Numbered from the stretch's first letter, positions 28,823 through 39,165 are shown. The stretch: DNA of 64,000 nt from Butyrivibrio sp. (GCA_024694565.1 JAILJR010000225.1:24754-88753), one strand, 5' to 3'. Notes: generated from the sequence alone by a model not told the origin. Program-made: numbers and translations.

Positions 28823-30097
28823 TCAGTATGCCTCTACTGTAACATAAACACTCGATGTTCCCTTGGCTTTAACCCCATCCGGAAGATTCCATCTGACATC
28901 CGCACTGTAGGTTCCCGGTTCGAGAACATCCGTACCCTGGGCCGTAAGAATCGCATCCACACTTACAGTCCCCGTCACACTTGTCTGTGATACGCTTCCA
29001 ACCGCATCCCGAAGCCCCTCAACCGTGAGAGGCACGGTATCAGATAGTGTTGTATCTACATATACATTGTACCCTTCCAGTGCACCCTCAACAGAAATGT
29101 TAGCTGCACTTACATCCAAAGTCTGCGTCTGCATCTGGGAGATGTAAACCGTAACCGACACCGATCCGTTGAAGTCCTTGTCTGCCAGATTAACTCCCGT
29201 AGGAAGATATGGTCTTATGTCAAAGGTATTGGTGAGGTTTCCCGTCATACCTGAGATATCCAGCCACTCATCATCTACGATTATTTCATCAAATGACGCT
29301 ATAGTGCTGCTTCGTCCTGCAACCTGAATGCTTTCCGGTGTAGTCTCAATACGCCCCGTTGACATATACCCATATGCGGGCTCACCCTTTATAACATATG
29401 TGACCGGAACGAATTTGGTCTCATAAATAACTACATTGACCCTCACCGTCTTTATATTCATAGACACCAGATTAGAGTCCACCGGATTGCCATCACCATC
29501 CAGCAAAATGATATCCGCATCCGTACCGATATTGGATGTAAAGCCTGTCACATCTACATCAACAGTTGCTGACTTTATGTTATTTACCACAGACTCAGGT
29601 CCGCTTATCCTGACCATGTTCTGTTCAGTGATAACATCTCCTATAACATAGCCATCCGCAAGCGCTCCTGAAGTCGTCGCGCCAAGAGCAAGTGACTTTG
29701 AACTCTTCCTCTCAACACTCAGCTTCACAACATCAGAGCTTGTGACATAGCTGTCTATCTTATCCTTATACTTGTTTGTCTCAACATGAATGGTCACCGT
29801 ATTGAGACTGGACAGCTCCTGGATATCTGCATATGCCACAACGTTATTCTGGCTTATGGAATCTATGATCGATCTCGGAGCATATATCGTAACCGAGCTT
29901 ATCGTATCGCTTCCGTCCAGCACCGTGAACACCTGTCCCTGATCGGTTATCAGATTTGTGTTCTTTAAGGTTACGGGTATGCTTGTATATCTCACAGACG
30001 TGATTGGATCGTTGATATTTGTAACAAGAAACCACACCGCTATCGCAAATATAAGTGAAGCAAGTTTAAGTCCCCAGTTGGCCGTCAATTTTTTCAT
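28823..30097 (-). CDS. cdaR: CdaR (YbbR-domain) diadenylate cyclase regulator
   Basis: N-terminal TM NWGLKLASLIFAIAVWFLV followed by repeated beta-rich YbbR-like domains. Directly downstream of cdaA. Confidence 0.85.
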   Translation of the reverse strand: MKKLTANWGLKLASLIFAIAVWFLVTNINDPITSVRYTSIPVTLKNTNLITDQGQVFTVLDGSDTISSVTIYAPRSIIDSISQNNVVAYADIQELSSLNTVTIHVETNKYKDKIDSYVTSSDVVKLSVERKSSKSLALGATTSGALADGYVIGDVITEQNMVRISGPESVVNNIKSATVDVDVTGFTSNIGTDADIILLDGDGNPVDSNLVSMNIKTVRVNVVIYETKFVPVTYVIKGEPAYGYMSTGRIETTPESIQVAGRSSTIASFDEIIVDDEWLDISGMTGNLTNTFDIRPYLPTGVNLADKDFNGSVSVTVYISQMQTQTLDVSAANISVEGALEGYNVYVDTTLSDTVPLTVEGLRDAVGSVSQTSVTGTVSVDAILTAQGTDVLEPGTYSADVRWNLPDGVKAKGTSSVYVTVEAY

Positions 30098-30960
30098 TTT
30101 TTCACCTTGGCCTTTCTGGCGAAGTACTTGATCGGTGCTTCCTCCTCACGCTTATCCTGGATTTCGCGAAGTCTCTCTCTAAGTCTCTCACTGTCAAGAG
30201 ACCTCTCTAGCTCTCCCTCGAAAGCCACACTGATCTTGCCTGTTTCCTCAGATACTATTATAACAAAAGAATCTGTCGCTTCTGACACACCAATTCCGGC
30301 GCGATGCCTTGTTCCCAGCTCTTTTCCGATGCCAAGATTGTCTGAGAGCGGAAGGTAGCAGGTTGCAGATGTAACTCTGTCACCCCTTATGATCACAGCT
30401 CCGTCGTGAAGAGGTGTGTTGTGCTCAAAGATATTGATAAGGAGCTGACTTGTGACTATTGCATCCACGTCAATTCCGGTTCTCTCATACTCTGTCAGCG
30501 GATGATTCCTCTCAATAACAATGAGAGCTCCGGTTTTTACCTTCGCCATCTCCACACATGCCCTTGTGATCTCATTCAGAGTCTTGTCGGAAAATCTGCC
30601 CTCAACCTTGCTGTCGCCAAGAGCCAGTACATTGGAGAGAAAGTTTTTCCTTCCAAGCTCCTCCAGAGCCTTTCGCAGCTCCGGCTGCAATATGACCACA
30701 ATAGCAATGATCGCAATACTGAACACTCTCTCAACTATCCACAGAATCGTTGACATATTGAGAAGCGCACAGACAAGTATAAATACCAGAATAACTATGA
30801 CCCCCTTCAGAAGAGACCATAGTCTTGTGTTTTTTGCCCACACCAGAATATGATATACCAGAAATGCGATTATACAGATTTCAAGGACATCGGATATCCT
30901 TATGGTCGGCATATGAAGGCTTGTTCTATTGAAATCAAAAATAAAATCTATTTGATCCAT
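30094..30960 (-). CDS. cdaA: Diadenylate cyclase CdaA
   Basis: 3 N-terminal TMs, then QPELRKALEELG, TPLHDGAVII, GTRHRAG and VSEETG. Confidence 0.95.
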   Translation of the reverse strand: MDQIDFIFDFNRTSLHMPTIRISDVLEICIIAFLVYHILVWAKNTRLWSLLKGVIVILVFILVCALLNMSTILWIVERVFSIAIIAIVVILQPELRKALEELGRKNFLSNVLALGDSKVEGRFSDKTLNEITRACVEMAKVKTGALIVIERNHPLTEYERTGIDVDAIVTSQLLINIFEHNTPLHDGAVIIRGDRVTSATCYLPLSDNLGIGKELGTRHRAGIGVSEATDSFVIIVSEETGKISVAFEGELERSLDSERLRERLREIQDKREEEAPIKYFARKAKVKK

Positions 30961-30975
30961 TTCTATCCTTTATTA

Positions 30976-31914
30976 TCAGCGATGTCCCCTGGCTCTGTTT
31001 ATCTTCTTTACTCTCCTCTCGGGAGTCGATACATTAACCTTCGGCACAGCCTTGACATAGTAGTAATACTCATCATCCTCAAACTGCACCTTCTCGGTGC
31101 GGCTGTAATCCAGATTAAAGGCAAAGAACTCAAGTACCAGCATAAGCAGCGCAGAAATAATTGTTCCGAAGATCACGCCTACCAAAGATATCTGAGTCTC
31201 GCTCACCAGATCGCCTATGAGGATCAGTACAATGATAGTAATTGCGCCTGCTGCTATCGCTATCTTCCAGGAGTGGTCAACTGAAAGCCTCTTGATTAAA
31301 TACACAAGGAGGAGCGAAACCGAAAACGCCATTATCATTACCATCATTTCCTTGTTGCCGAGCATCCCGCTTATTATGCTCGAAAACTCACTTGCAGCCT
31401 CCTCTACACCCTCACTTCCAAAGCTGGAGGTATTGGATGAAAAATAAGAAAGCATATAGGCTATAACAAGTCCGAAGGAAACAGACACAACAGACGTCGG
31501 AGTTCCCATAAGTCCCATTGCAAGCGGCATTACATAAGGTATATGCATCGAGAAAAATATCGGTGTAAGCACCACCGCCAGCGTATCTCTCGGTGAAAAC
31601 CTGAAGTACAGAAGGAACATCAATAAAAACACGATAACCGCAATGAGTGCACACTGTATCGAAAGTGCATAAAGATGTCCCACAATAAACAGTGCATCAA
31701 CGAACACGATGCAATTAGGCGGTAAAATAGCACACAGAAGTGAAGCCATCATAACAATCGCCATGTTTGACAGATTGTCCATGTAACCAAGCTTGCCATT
31801 GATCATGAGTATCGAGACCAGGGCAAGCAGAAATTTCCAAAGATAGGTAAGATAAGTCTCGTACCTGATATAAAATCTTTTTACATATTGTTTTAATTCC
31901 AGTAAAGAAGTCAT
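30976..31914 (-). CDS. Conserved polytopic membrane protein
   Basis: 312 aa, multiple TMs. C-terminal DYSRTEKVQFEDDEYYYYVKAVPK. Confidence 0.75.
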   Translation of the reverse strand: MTSLLELKQYVKRFYIRYETYLTYLWKFLLALVSILMINGKLGYMDNLSNMAIVMMASLLCAILPPNCIVFVDALFIVGHLYALSIQCALIAVIVFLLMFLLYFRFSPRDTLAVVLTPIFFSMHIPYVMPLAMGLMGTPTSVVSVSFGLVIAYMLSYFSSNTSSFGSEGVEEAASEFSSIISGMLGNKEMMVMIMAFSVSLLLVYLIKRLSVDHSWKIAIAAGAITIIVLILIGDLVSETQISLVGVIFGTIISALLMLVLEFFAFNLDYSRTEKVQFEDDEYYYYVKAVPKVNVSTPERRVKKINRARGHR

Positions 31915-31915
31915 G

Positions 31916-32311
31916 TCATCGTTCCTTTTCGTAGATTCTGGCTAATTTTTTCAGATTTCCATAATAGGCCTTCATACTCTTCCGCATTCTGGTATACCGC
32001 AAGGAATAAATGACATAAGACGCAAGAGAATACACGCCAACAAGCAGGAGGTAATAAACCAAGAACCTCCTGCCTATAGTCAATAAACTTTCAGTATTGT
32101 ACAGATTTGATAAAATAAATTCAATATTACAAAGTGCATAGGTCGCGACAACAATACCAAAGACAATAGTGGCGCTTATCACCGATTTTATGATATTAAA
32201 ACCGATATAATCACTTCTGAAGTAATTATTTATTGCGTCATTCTCTTTGCCTTCACGATCTATGAACGCAGCCATTTTGGTCATCAAAATGACTTTTTCT
32301 TCATTTAACAT
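31916..32311 (-). CDS. Small membrane protein (2 TM)
   Basis: Starts MLNEEKVILMTKMA with a GGAG RBS. Tightly packed in the operon. Confidence 0.75.
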   Translation of the reverse strand: MLNEEKVILMTKMAAFIDREGKENDAINNYFRSDYIGFNIIKSVISATIVFGIVVATYALCNIEFILSNLYNTESLLTIGRRFLVYYLLLVGVYSLASYVIYSLRYTRMRKSMKAYYGNLKKLARIYEKER

Positions 32312-32320
32312 CGCTGCTCC

Positions 32321-32737
32321 TTAAGTATCCATGAAGCGCATCCCTGAACTGGAACCTTTCCTGCCGTTTGGTTGTTGTTGCTGCTGAAACTGCCTGGGCC
32401 TTGCAAACGAATCAGAGAGATTGGTCGCCATATCACCCTTGCACTTAACACAAAATCTTCCTGTCACGATGGGTTCCCCACACTTTTCACACAAAAGCTG
32501 TATCGGAGAGTCCTTTGAAAACATAAGCCTCTCCTCACGGATCCACTGCTGGATCAGCTTGGACGAAACCTTATTATCTTCCGAAATCTGTTTCAGGCTC
32601 GCTCTTGGATTATCCTCTATGTACTGCTTAACTTTCTTAAAATCTTCTTCTATCCTTTTTTTACAGGCATCACAAATGGCAGGACCTCCGACGTAGTTGT
32701 ACATCTTTCCACATTTTGAGCAATTACGTAAATTCAT
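32321..32737 (-). CDS. Flagellar operon protein, YvyF-like (zinc-ribbon)
   Basis: CxxC pairs NCSKCG/ICDAC and CEKCG/FCVKC. Downstream of comF, as in Firmicutes comFC-yvyF. Confidence 0.82.
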   Translation of the reverse strand: MNLRNCSKCGKMYNYVGGPAICDACKKRIEEDFKKVKQYIEDNPRASLKQISEDNKVSSKLIQQWIREERLMFSKDSPIQLLCEKCGEPIVTGRFCVKCKGDMATNLSDSFARPRQFQQQQQPNGRKGSSSGMRFMDT

Positions 32738-32762
32738 TGATTTACCTCCGGTTATTATAAAC

Positions 32763-33512
32763 TCAAGTGGTTCGTCCGATGGCTATCGTCAGAAAGTAAA
32801 CTCTTTCTACGCCAGCCACCCTAAGCACACGGCTTAACTCATCAATTGTTGTTCCTGTCGTATAGATGTCATCGATTAAAAGTACACACTTAAATTTTAC
32901 ATCATTTCTTACTATATTAAAAGCATTTTTCAAATTATTGCGGCGTCCTGTGGCATCAAGCTCCTTCATAGGAACCGTATCCCTCTTCCTTGCAATCACA
33001 TCACCCCTGTAGGGGAGAGCCAGTATTTTTGAAACTGCTTTTGCGTAAACCGCCGCCTGATTGTATCCTCTTTTCCTCTCCTTGCCTCTATACATGGGAA
33101 CCGGAATAACAGCTTCTATGCCAAGCACTTTAAGCCTGTCACCAAGGAGCTTTTTGGTAGCGGCAGCATAAAATACTGCATATTCACGTCTCCCGAGATA
33201 CTTAAATCTGTAAACAGAGCCGGAGATTGACCTGTACTCAAAAACCGAAAATCCCCTGTCAAAGATATGCTGCACCCTCACACAGTCGGAGCAGTATTCG
33301 TCGGTGCTGCTTCTTCCCAGAGGCTTTCCGCATTTCATGCAGGTACTCCCCCGCACTATCTTTACACTCTTGGCGCAGCCCCTGTGTATATATCCTCCGC
33401 GCCGCAGGTGTCCGTTTCTAATCTCGAAGACTTTTATCACCCCGTCACACACAGGGCATCTTCTGGGATATATTATGTCAAGGGCGCTAATCATTTCATT
33501 GTCCATCAGCAA
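32763..33512 (-). CDS. comF: ComF family (ComFC) phosphoribosyltransferase-like protein
   Basis: N-terminal Cys zinc motifs, then VIPVP, RGYNQA and LLIDDIYTTGTT. Confidence 0.9.
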   Translation of the reverse strand: MLMDNEMISALDIIYPRRCPVCDGVIKVFEIRNGHLRRGGYIHRGCAKSVKIVRGSTCMKCGKPLGRSSTDEYCSDCVRVQHIFDRGFSVFEYRSISGSVYRFKYLGRREYAVFYAAATKKLLGDRLKVLGIEAVIPVPMYRGKERKRGYNQAAVYAKAVSKILALPYRGDVIARKRDTVPMKELDATGRRNNLKNAFNIVRNDVKFKCVLLIDDIYTTGTTIDELSRVLRVAGVERVYFLTIAIGRTT

Positions 33513-35745
33513 AATCCAGTATCCTGTCCTTCAGACCGGTGTATCTCCTAAGCTGTTCCTCATTTTCAACCATATCCATTACCGCTTTCCTGCTTCCCAG
33601 GATACATACCGTGCTCCTGGCCCTTGTGACCGCAGTATACAGGAGGTTCCTGTTCATAAGCATTCTTGGCCCGCCAAGGAGCGGCATCACTACTGCCGGA
33701 TACTCACTCCCCTGGGACTTATGTATGGTTATGGCATAGGCAAGCTCCAGCTCGTCCAGCTCTGCAAAGGGGTATCTGACCCTTCTGTTATCATCAAATT
33801 CGACCACAAGCTCGGCGGCATATTCGTTGATCTCCCTGATCACTCCCATGTCGCCGTTAAAGACCCCCATTCCCTGGTCAATGGGAATATTGTAATTGCC
33901 AATAACCTCCCATACAGCCTGATAGTTGTTCCGTATCTGCATGACCTTGTCACCTTCCCTGAAGAGAAGCTCCCCATGGAGATGCTCTTTCTTTGAAGGA
34001 TCCGGAGGATTGAGATATTCCTGCAAAATGCTGTTCAGCCGTATAACTCCGAGCGCGCCCTTTTTCATAGGCGACAGAACCTGGATATCAAAGCATCCGG
34101 CCTTTACATACCCCGGAAGCTTGTCCCTTATGAGCTGTATCATGTGCTTATATATTACCTGGGCATCATCTCTTTCGAGGAAAAAGAAATCCCTGCTCTT
34201 GTTGTCAAGAACCGGCGCCTGCCCGTCATGTATCCTGTGGGCATTCATGACGATATCGCTCTCCTCTGCCTGCCTGAATATCTTCTTAAGATATATGGTT
34301 GCAAACTGCCCGCTGTCAATCAGGTCACGAAGCACCTGTCCGGGTCCGACACTTGGAAGCTGTGAGCTGTCACCCACCAGTATGAGATGAACCCCCGGCA
34401 CAAGCGCCTTTAAGAGAGCGTAAAAGAGATGGATGTCAACCATGGACATCTCATCTATTATGATCGCATCCGCCTCCAGCGGATTATCCCTGTTCTTTTC
34501 AAAATGAACTCCCGATGGTCTGTTGTCCGAATCATCAAGCCCCTGTCCCGAAACCTCCAAAAGCCTGTGTATGGTCCTCGCTTCATACCCTGTTGCCTCG
34601 GTCATCCTCTTAGCCGCTCTTCCCGTCGGTGCAGCCAGCATAATATCCAGCCCCGAGCTCTCATAATAGCCTATGATGGTATTTATCGTAGTGGTCTTTC
34701 CTGTGCCCGGGCCTCCGGTTATTATGACCACTCCACCCGTTATGCTCTTAAGAACAGCCTGCCTTTGCAGATCATCAAGCTGTATTTTTCTTGACTGCTC
34801 TATGGCGAGGATTCGGTTTTTGTATTCCTCCTCTTCCACGGGGCTTATCTTTTCGGAAATATTGAGGTCAGTGAGCATGGCTGCACAGCCCTGTTCCTCA
34901 TAGTAATAACTCGAAGAAAAGACCTGGTCATCATTTTTAATGACCAGCTTCATATCCATCGCAAGATTCATTATCTGGGTCTTTACAAGCTCATCATTTA
35001 TCTCGCAGTCCGGCCGGGACTGAAGTACTGACACCGCTCTCTTAACCAGTCCCTCCATCGGAAGATAAGTATTTCCGTCCGCCGAAGACTGCAGAAGTGC
35101 ATACAGAATTCCGCTCCTTATCCTGAAATCGGAATCAACCTCTATTCCCACCTTCTCAGCGATCTCATCTGCTGTCTTAAAGCCGACTCCGCTTATATCA
35201 TCCGAAAGCTGGTATGGATTCTGACGGATAACATTGTAGATTCTCTCCCCATAGGTGTTGTAAATCTTTACCGAAAGGTTTCCACTGATCCCATACTGGG
35301 CAAGAAACATCATTGCATCACGCATCTGCCTCTTCTCAGCCATCTGAAGGCATATGTCCCTTGCCTTTTTCTCGCTTATCCCCTTTACTTCACTCAGCCG
35401 CTCCGGCTCATCCTCTATGACGCGGAAAGTCCTGTCCCCGAACTTTTTGACAATCCTGGCAGCCAGAGCCTCACCGATTCCCTTTATTGCGCCGGAGGAG
35501 AGATACCTTTGCATGGAAGAGGCATCATCCGGAGCAACCACCCTGTAGGAGGCCACCTTGAACTGGCGTCCGTAAACCTGATGGTTTACATACTCCCCCT
35601 CAGCACTTATTGTCTCTCCCATATCCACGTCCCTGAAGGACCCTGTGCAGATAATCTCTTCGTCCTCTGTGACCAGATTCAGTATTCCATAGCCATTTTC
35701 TGCATTCTTATATATAAAGTGTTCAATATATCCCCTGATTTCCAT
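33496..35745 (-). CDS. recD2: ATP-dependent RecD2 helicase
   Basis: HhH region, Walker A TGGPGTGKTT, APTGRAAKR, IIDEMSMVD, AYAITIHKSQGSEY and YTAVTRA. Confidence 0.93.
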   Translation of the reverse strand: MEIRGYIEHFIYKNAENGYGILNLVTEDEEIICTGSFRDVDMGETISAEGEYVNHQVYGRQFKVASYRVVAPDDASSMQRYLSSGAIKGIGEALAARIVKKFGDRTFRVIEDEPERLSEVKGISEKKARDICLQMAEKRQMRDAMMFLAQYGISGNLSVKIYNTYGERIYNVIRQNPYQLSDDISGVGFKTADEIAEKVGIEVDSDFRIRSGILYALLQSSADGNTYLPMEGLVKRAVSVLQSRPDCEINDELVKTQIMNLAMDMKLVIKNDDQVFSSSYYYEEQGCAAMLTDLNISEKISPVEEEEYKNRILAIEQSRKIQLDDLQRQAVLKSITGGVVIITGGPGTGKTTTINTIIGYYESSGLDIMLAAPTGRAAKRMTEATGYEARTIHRLLEVSGQGLDDSDNRPSGVHFEKNRDNPLEADAIIIDEMSMVDIHLFYALLKALVPGVHLILVGDSSQLPSVGPGQVLRDLIDSGQFATIYLKKIFRQAEESDIVMNAHRIHDGQAPVLDNKSRDFFFLERDDAQVIYKHMIQLIRDKLPGYVKAGCFDIQVLSPMKKGALGVIRLNSILQEYLNPPDPSKKEHLHGELLFREGDKVMQIRNNYQAVWEVIGNYNIPIDQGMGVFNGDMGVIREINEYAAELVVEFDDNRRVRYPFAELDELELAYAITIHKSQGSEYPAVVMPLLGGPRMLMNRNLLYTAVTRARSTVCILGSRKAVMDMVENEEQLRRYTGLKDRILDFADGQ

Positions 35746-35752
35746 AAAACGA

Positions 35753-35761
35753 ATTATAACA
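35753..35761 (-). promoter_or_regulatory. Extended -10 promoter giving a probable leaderless recD2 transcript
   Basis: Minus strand TGTTATAAT lies 7 nt upstream of the ATG. No Shine-Dalgarno. Confidence 0.55.
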
Positions 35762-35764
35762 TAG

Positions 35765-35807
35765 AAAAAGCCGCCAATCCTTAAGATTTTCTTAAGATTT
35801 GGCGACT
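35765..35807 (-). terminator. Intrinsic terminator after flgJ
   Basis: Minus strand AGTCGCCAAATCTTAAG-AAAAT-CTTAAGGATTGGCGGCT then a T run. Confidence 0.7.
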
Positions 35808-35831
35808 CTCTTTAACTATTATCAGCCCATA

Positions 35832-36251
35832 CTATATACTCTCAGAAGCTTCTGTCTTATTTTCCCCATCCAGGGTACCTTCCGGTATATCGTAACTGCG
35901 CTTTAAGTTCTCATATAACATCTGGGCAAAACCATTGCTCTGCGTCTCAACTGAGGTGTTCATCACATCCTGAAGAGTTCTGTCCCTGAAAAAGTTTACA
36001 AGCGTTGAGCTTGAGTGATCAGAATCTTCGGGCTTGAGGGCATCCACAGATTTCTGCATCTCCTTGAAGACCTGCTCCATAAAGTAGGCTTCAAAACCCT
36101 TACAGGCATCCATCAGCTCTTCATCCGAGGATTTGGAGGATGTGGCCTGCACTTTGTTTTTGAGTGCGAGGGCATTGGCGTTTGAATTTTCCCTCATGGC
36201 GTATTCAGTTAACGCTGTGGCATTCAGGCCGCTTATTTCAAATCCTGACAT
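35832..36251 (-). CDS. flgJ: Flagellar rod-binding protein (FlgJ N-terminal domain only)
   Basis: Motifs ELMDACKGFEAYFMEQVFKEM and GFAQMLYENL. Follows flgG. Confidence 0.8.
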   Translation of the reverse strand: MSGFEISGLNATALTEYAMRENSNANALALKNKVQATSSKSSDEELMDACKGFEAYFMEQVFKEMQKSVDALKPEDSDHSSSTLVNFFRDRTLQDVMNTSVETQSNGFAQMLYENLKRSYDIPEGTLDGENKTEASESI

Positions 36252-36274
36252 ATCATTTACCGCCTTTGATCAGA

Positions 36275-37099
36275 TTATCTCTTGAGCTGGTTGGCTGTCT
36301 GGAGCATCTCATCGGATGTATGGATAGCTGTGGAGTTCATTTCGTAAGCTCTCTGGGCTACGATAAGGTTAACCATTTCTGTTGCCACCTTGACATTGGA
36401 GCCCTCAAGGTAACCCTGATTGATGGTACTCCTCTGGATATCTCCTCCGTCATTAACCTCGTTTATCGCCTCTCCGCTTGCCTGTGTCTGCCTCCATGAA
36501 GAGCTTCCGACTCTCTCAAGACCCTCTCTGTTGGGGAACTGCCATAACCCGATCTGGGATCCCAGATCCTCAAGCGTTCCATCGTTTAACTTGTAGTAGA
36601 CCTTTCCTTCGCCGTCTATGGTCAGTCTGCTGGCAACTCTTCCATCATCTACGGTTATGGGCTGATCATCCACGTCAAGAACCCTGTTTCCCTCAGCTGT
36701 TGTCAGGACAAGGCCGCCGCCCTCCTGCAAGGCCCAGGTGAAGTTTCCGTTTCTTGTGTAAAAGACCTCGTCCTCGGTAGCTCCCTGATACTTGAAGAAG
36801 CCGTCTCCGCTGATAGCCAGCGCTGCAGGATTGTCACTCTCCTGAAAAGACCCCTGGGTAAAATACTGATTGAGTGTCGAAGTCCGAACACCCAGTCCAA
36901 CCTGTGAAGTAGTGGGTTTGGGATTTCCGTTTGCTGTAGTTGTAACGCTCTGCAGCTCCTGATATAAAAGGGATTTAAACTGGGCGCCCTGCGCCTTAAA
37001 TCCGGTAGTATTAACGTTGGCAAGGTTGTTGGAAATCGTGTCCACATTTACCTGCTGGGCATTCATTCCTGTCGCTGCCGACCATAAGCTTCTGACCAT
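36275..37099 (-). CDS. flgG: Flagellar basal-body rod protein FlgG
   Basis: Motifs MVRSLWSAATGM, SNNLANVNTTGFK, YTRNG and LEGSNV..EMVNLIVAQRAYEMNS. Confidence 0.88.
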   Translation of the reverse strand: MVRSLWSAATGMNAQQVNVDTISNNLANVNTTGFKAQGAQFKSLLYQELQSVTTTANGNPKPTTSQVGLGVRTSTLNQYFTQGSFQESDNPAALAISGDGFFKYQGATEDEVFYTRNGNFTWALQEGGGLVLTTAEGNRVLDVDDQPITVDDGRVASRLTIDGEGKVYYKLNDGTLEDLGSQIGLWQFPNREGLERVGSSSWRQTQASGEAINEVNDGGDIQRSTINQGYLEGSNVKVATEMVNLIVAQRAYEMNSTAIHTSDEMLQTANQLKR

Positions 37100-37191
37100 T
37101 TGTCACCTCCACTTTAACAAAGCCTGCGTATTCATTACCATCTCTTTGGCATATGCTTCGTCATCCGTGACTTTTATTGTTCTCGGAATAT

Positions 37192-37219
37192 ATATCGTCC
37201 GGTAGCCGGAGTTACTTTA
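37192..37219 (-). promoter_or_regulatory. Sigma-28 (SigD/FliA) promoter of flgG
   Basis: Minus strand TAAA-16 nt-GACGATAT (consensus TAAA-N15/16-GCCGATAT). Confidence 0.7.
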
Positions 37220-37239
37220 TATTTTTTTAATAAAAATTA

Positions 37240-38070
37240 TCAGGACAGACGTCCAAGCTGGCTAACGGCAATATCAAGGGTGTCATCTATCGTCGTTATC
37301 ATCTTCTGGTTTGTGTCATAGTTCCTCTGGACTGCGATCATGTTCACCATCTCGTCCACCACAGACACATTGGACTGCTCAAGATAACCGGAATATATTC
37401 TTCCTGTTGCCTCTGCATCCTCTGTCTGATCAGTCCTTACATACATGTTCTCTCCGTAATGCTCAAGAGTATCATATGTAATGCGCCCGTCTTCTCTTGT
37501 TGTCTTTGCAAAATCAAAAATGCCGACCTGTCCCACTTCTTCACCGTTCTGGAATATCTGTCCGAGCCAGTTGATCTCCATGGGAAGATTCGGATTGAGC
37601 TCTATATGCGCACCGTCCTGTGAAAGAACGTAATCTCCATCCTGAGTCACCAGAGCCCCCTCACTGTTGAGCGTGAAATTGCCGTCTCTTGTATACATTA
37701 TGGTCTGCTCGTTGGCCTGATCCCTCTCGATATTGACAGCCTTGTTCGTATACTCGATGCCAAAAAAGCCCATCCCGCCGATTGCAAGATCAAGGGTATT
37801 GCCGGTCTCCTTCATAGGTCCCTCCGACCAGTCAACATATCCCTCGCCAATCTTGACTCCGGGATTAATAATGCCCAGTCCACGGGCAGTGAACGGGGCA
37901 TCAGAATAGTCCTTGATTTTGAGCGCAAGCTGATCACTGAAAGACTGTGCTGTTGCGCCTTCCTTTTTGTAACCGTTGGTGTTGGCATTGGCAAGATTGT
38001 TGGTGAGCACGTCCATCCTGTGCTGCTCGTTGATCATTCCTGTGTAGGCAGTATAAAGACCCTTTACCAT
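37240..38070 (-). CDS. flgF: Flagellar hook-basal body rod protein (FlgF/FlhO-like)
   Basis: Motifs MVKGLYTAYTGM, TNNLANANTNGYKK, YTRDGNF and LEQSNVSVVDEMVNMI. Confidence 0.75.
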   Translation of the reverse strand: MVKGLYTAYTGMINEQHRMDVLTNNLANANTNGYKKEGATAQSFSDQLALKIKDYSDAPFTARGLGIINPGVKIGEGYVDWSEGPMKETGNTLDLAIGGMGFFGIEYTNKAVNIERDQANEQTIMYTRDGNFTLNSEGALVTQDGDYVLSQDGAHIELNPNLPMEINWLGQIFQNGEEVGQVGIFDFAKTTREDGRITYDTLEHYGENMYVRTDQTEDAEATGRIYSGYLEQSNVSVVDEMVNMIAVQRNYDTNQKMITTIDDTLDIAVSQLGRLS

Positions 38071-38172
38071 TCAAATTCCCCCAAAACCATCCTGGCTGTA
38101 CTACCGCCTTCCCTTGGCGGTGTTAAATTTTTACTGTCCGGCCCTGACTGTGAGAACAGAGCCCTTCCTTCA

Positions 38173-39165
38173 TCAATCCTCCCTGTAACCGGCAATAAAC
38201 TCTACGTAACGGCCTGTACCGATGGCAACAGCTGTCATTGGATCCTCAGCTGTCATTGTGTTGATACCCGTCTTGGAATAGATAAGATCCTCAAGTCCGC
38301 GAAGAAGTGCACCGCCGCCTGTCAGTACAATCCCTCTGTCAGCGATATCCGCTGCCAGCTCAGGCGGAGTGTTCTCCAGAACACTGTGGATGGCCTCAAT
38401 TATCTGGGAAGTGGGCTCCCTGAGCGCCTCTTCCGTCTCCTCAGAGGAAACTCTTACCGTCTTGGGAAGACCTGTGACAAGGTTTCTTCCGCGGACATCC
38501 AGAAAATCGTCCTCAGCCCTTGGATATGCTGATCCTATCTTTATCTTGATATCTTCTGCCGTTCTGTCACCTATAAGAAGATTGTGTTTCTTACGCATAT
38601 AGCGGACGATGGCCTCATCAAAATCATCTCCCGCTATCTTAACCGATGTGCTTACAACAGTTCCTCCAAGGGAGATAACTGCTATATCGGAGGTTCCTCC
38701 TCCGATATCTACGATCATGTTTCCACAGGGCTTTGTGATATCGATCCCTGCACCGATAGCTGCTGCAATAGGCTCCTCGATAGTCCTTACATCCCTGGCT
38801 CCGCAAAGTCTTGTTGCATCCTCAACCGCCTTCTTCTCAACTTCGGTAGCACCGCTGGGCACACATACCGCTATGAAGGGCTTTCTGAGAACTCTTCTGC
38901 CGATCGCCTTCTTGATGAAATATCTCATCATCTGCTCTGTGATCTTGTAGTTCGAGATAACGCCCTGTCGAAGAGGCCTTACAGCTACAATATTACCGGG
39001 TGTACGTCCAAGCATCAGCCTTGCGTCCTCACCGATAGCCTTGATCTCTTCTGTATCTCTGTCATATGCCACAACTGATGGCTCTTTTAACACAACGCCC
39101 TTTCCCTTTATGTATACAAGAACGGACGCTGTTCCCAAATCAATTCCAATATCTGCGTACTGCAT
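38173..39165 (-). CDS. mbl: Rod shape-determining actin homologue (MreB/Mbl)
   Basis: Motifs IGIDLGTA, EPSVVA, EEPIAAAIGAG, VDIGGGT and LTGGGALL. Position upstream of the rod genes matches mbl-flhO-flhP. Confidence 0.85.
   Translation of the reverse strand: MQYADIGIDLGTASVLVYIKGKGVVLKEPSVVAYDRDTEEIKAIGEDARLMLGRTPGNIVAVRPLRQGVISNYKITEQMMRYFIKKAIGRRVLRKPFIAVCVPSGATEVEKKAVEDATRLCGARDVRTIEEPIAAAIGAGIDITKPCGNMIVDIGGGTSDIAVISLGGTVVSTSVKIAGDDFDEAIVRYMRKKHNLLIGDRTAEDIKIKIGSAYPRAEDDFLDVRGRNLVTGLPKTVRVSSEETEEALREPTSQIIEAIHSVLENTPPELAADIADRGIVLTGGGALLRGLEDLIYSKTGINTMTAEDPMTAVAIGTGRYVEFIAGYRED

Noticed and set aside
33304-33996. 230-aa plus-strand ORF, and similar antisense ORFs at 1310-1882, 44522-45151, 50823-51464 and 54446-55012
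   Set aside because: They are antisense to conserved genes (comF/recD2, rffA, GT52, uvrA, uvrB) and have no protein-family motifs.
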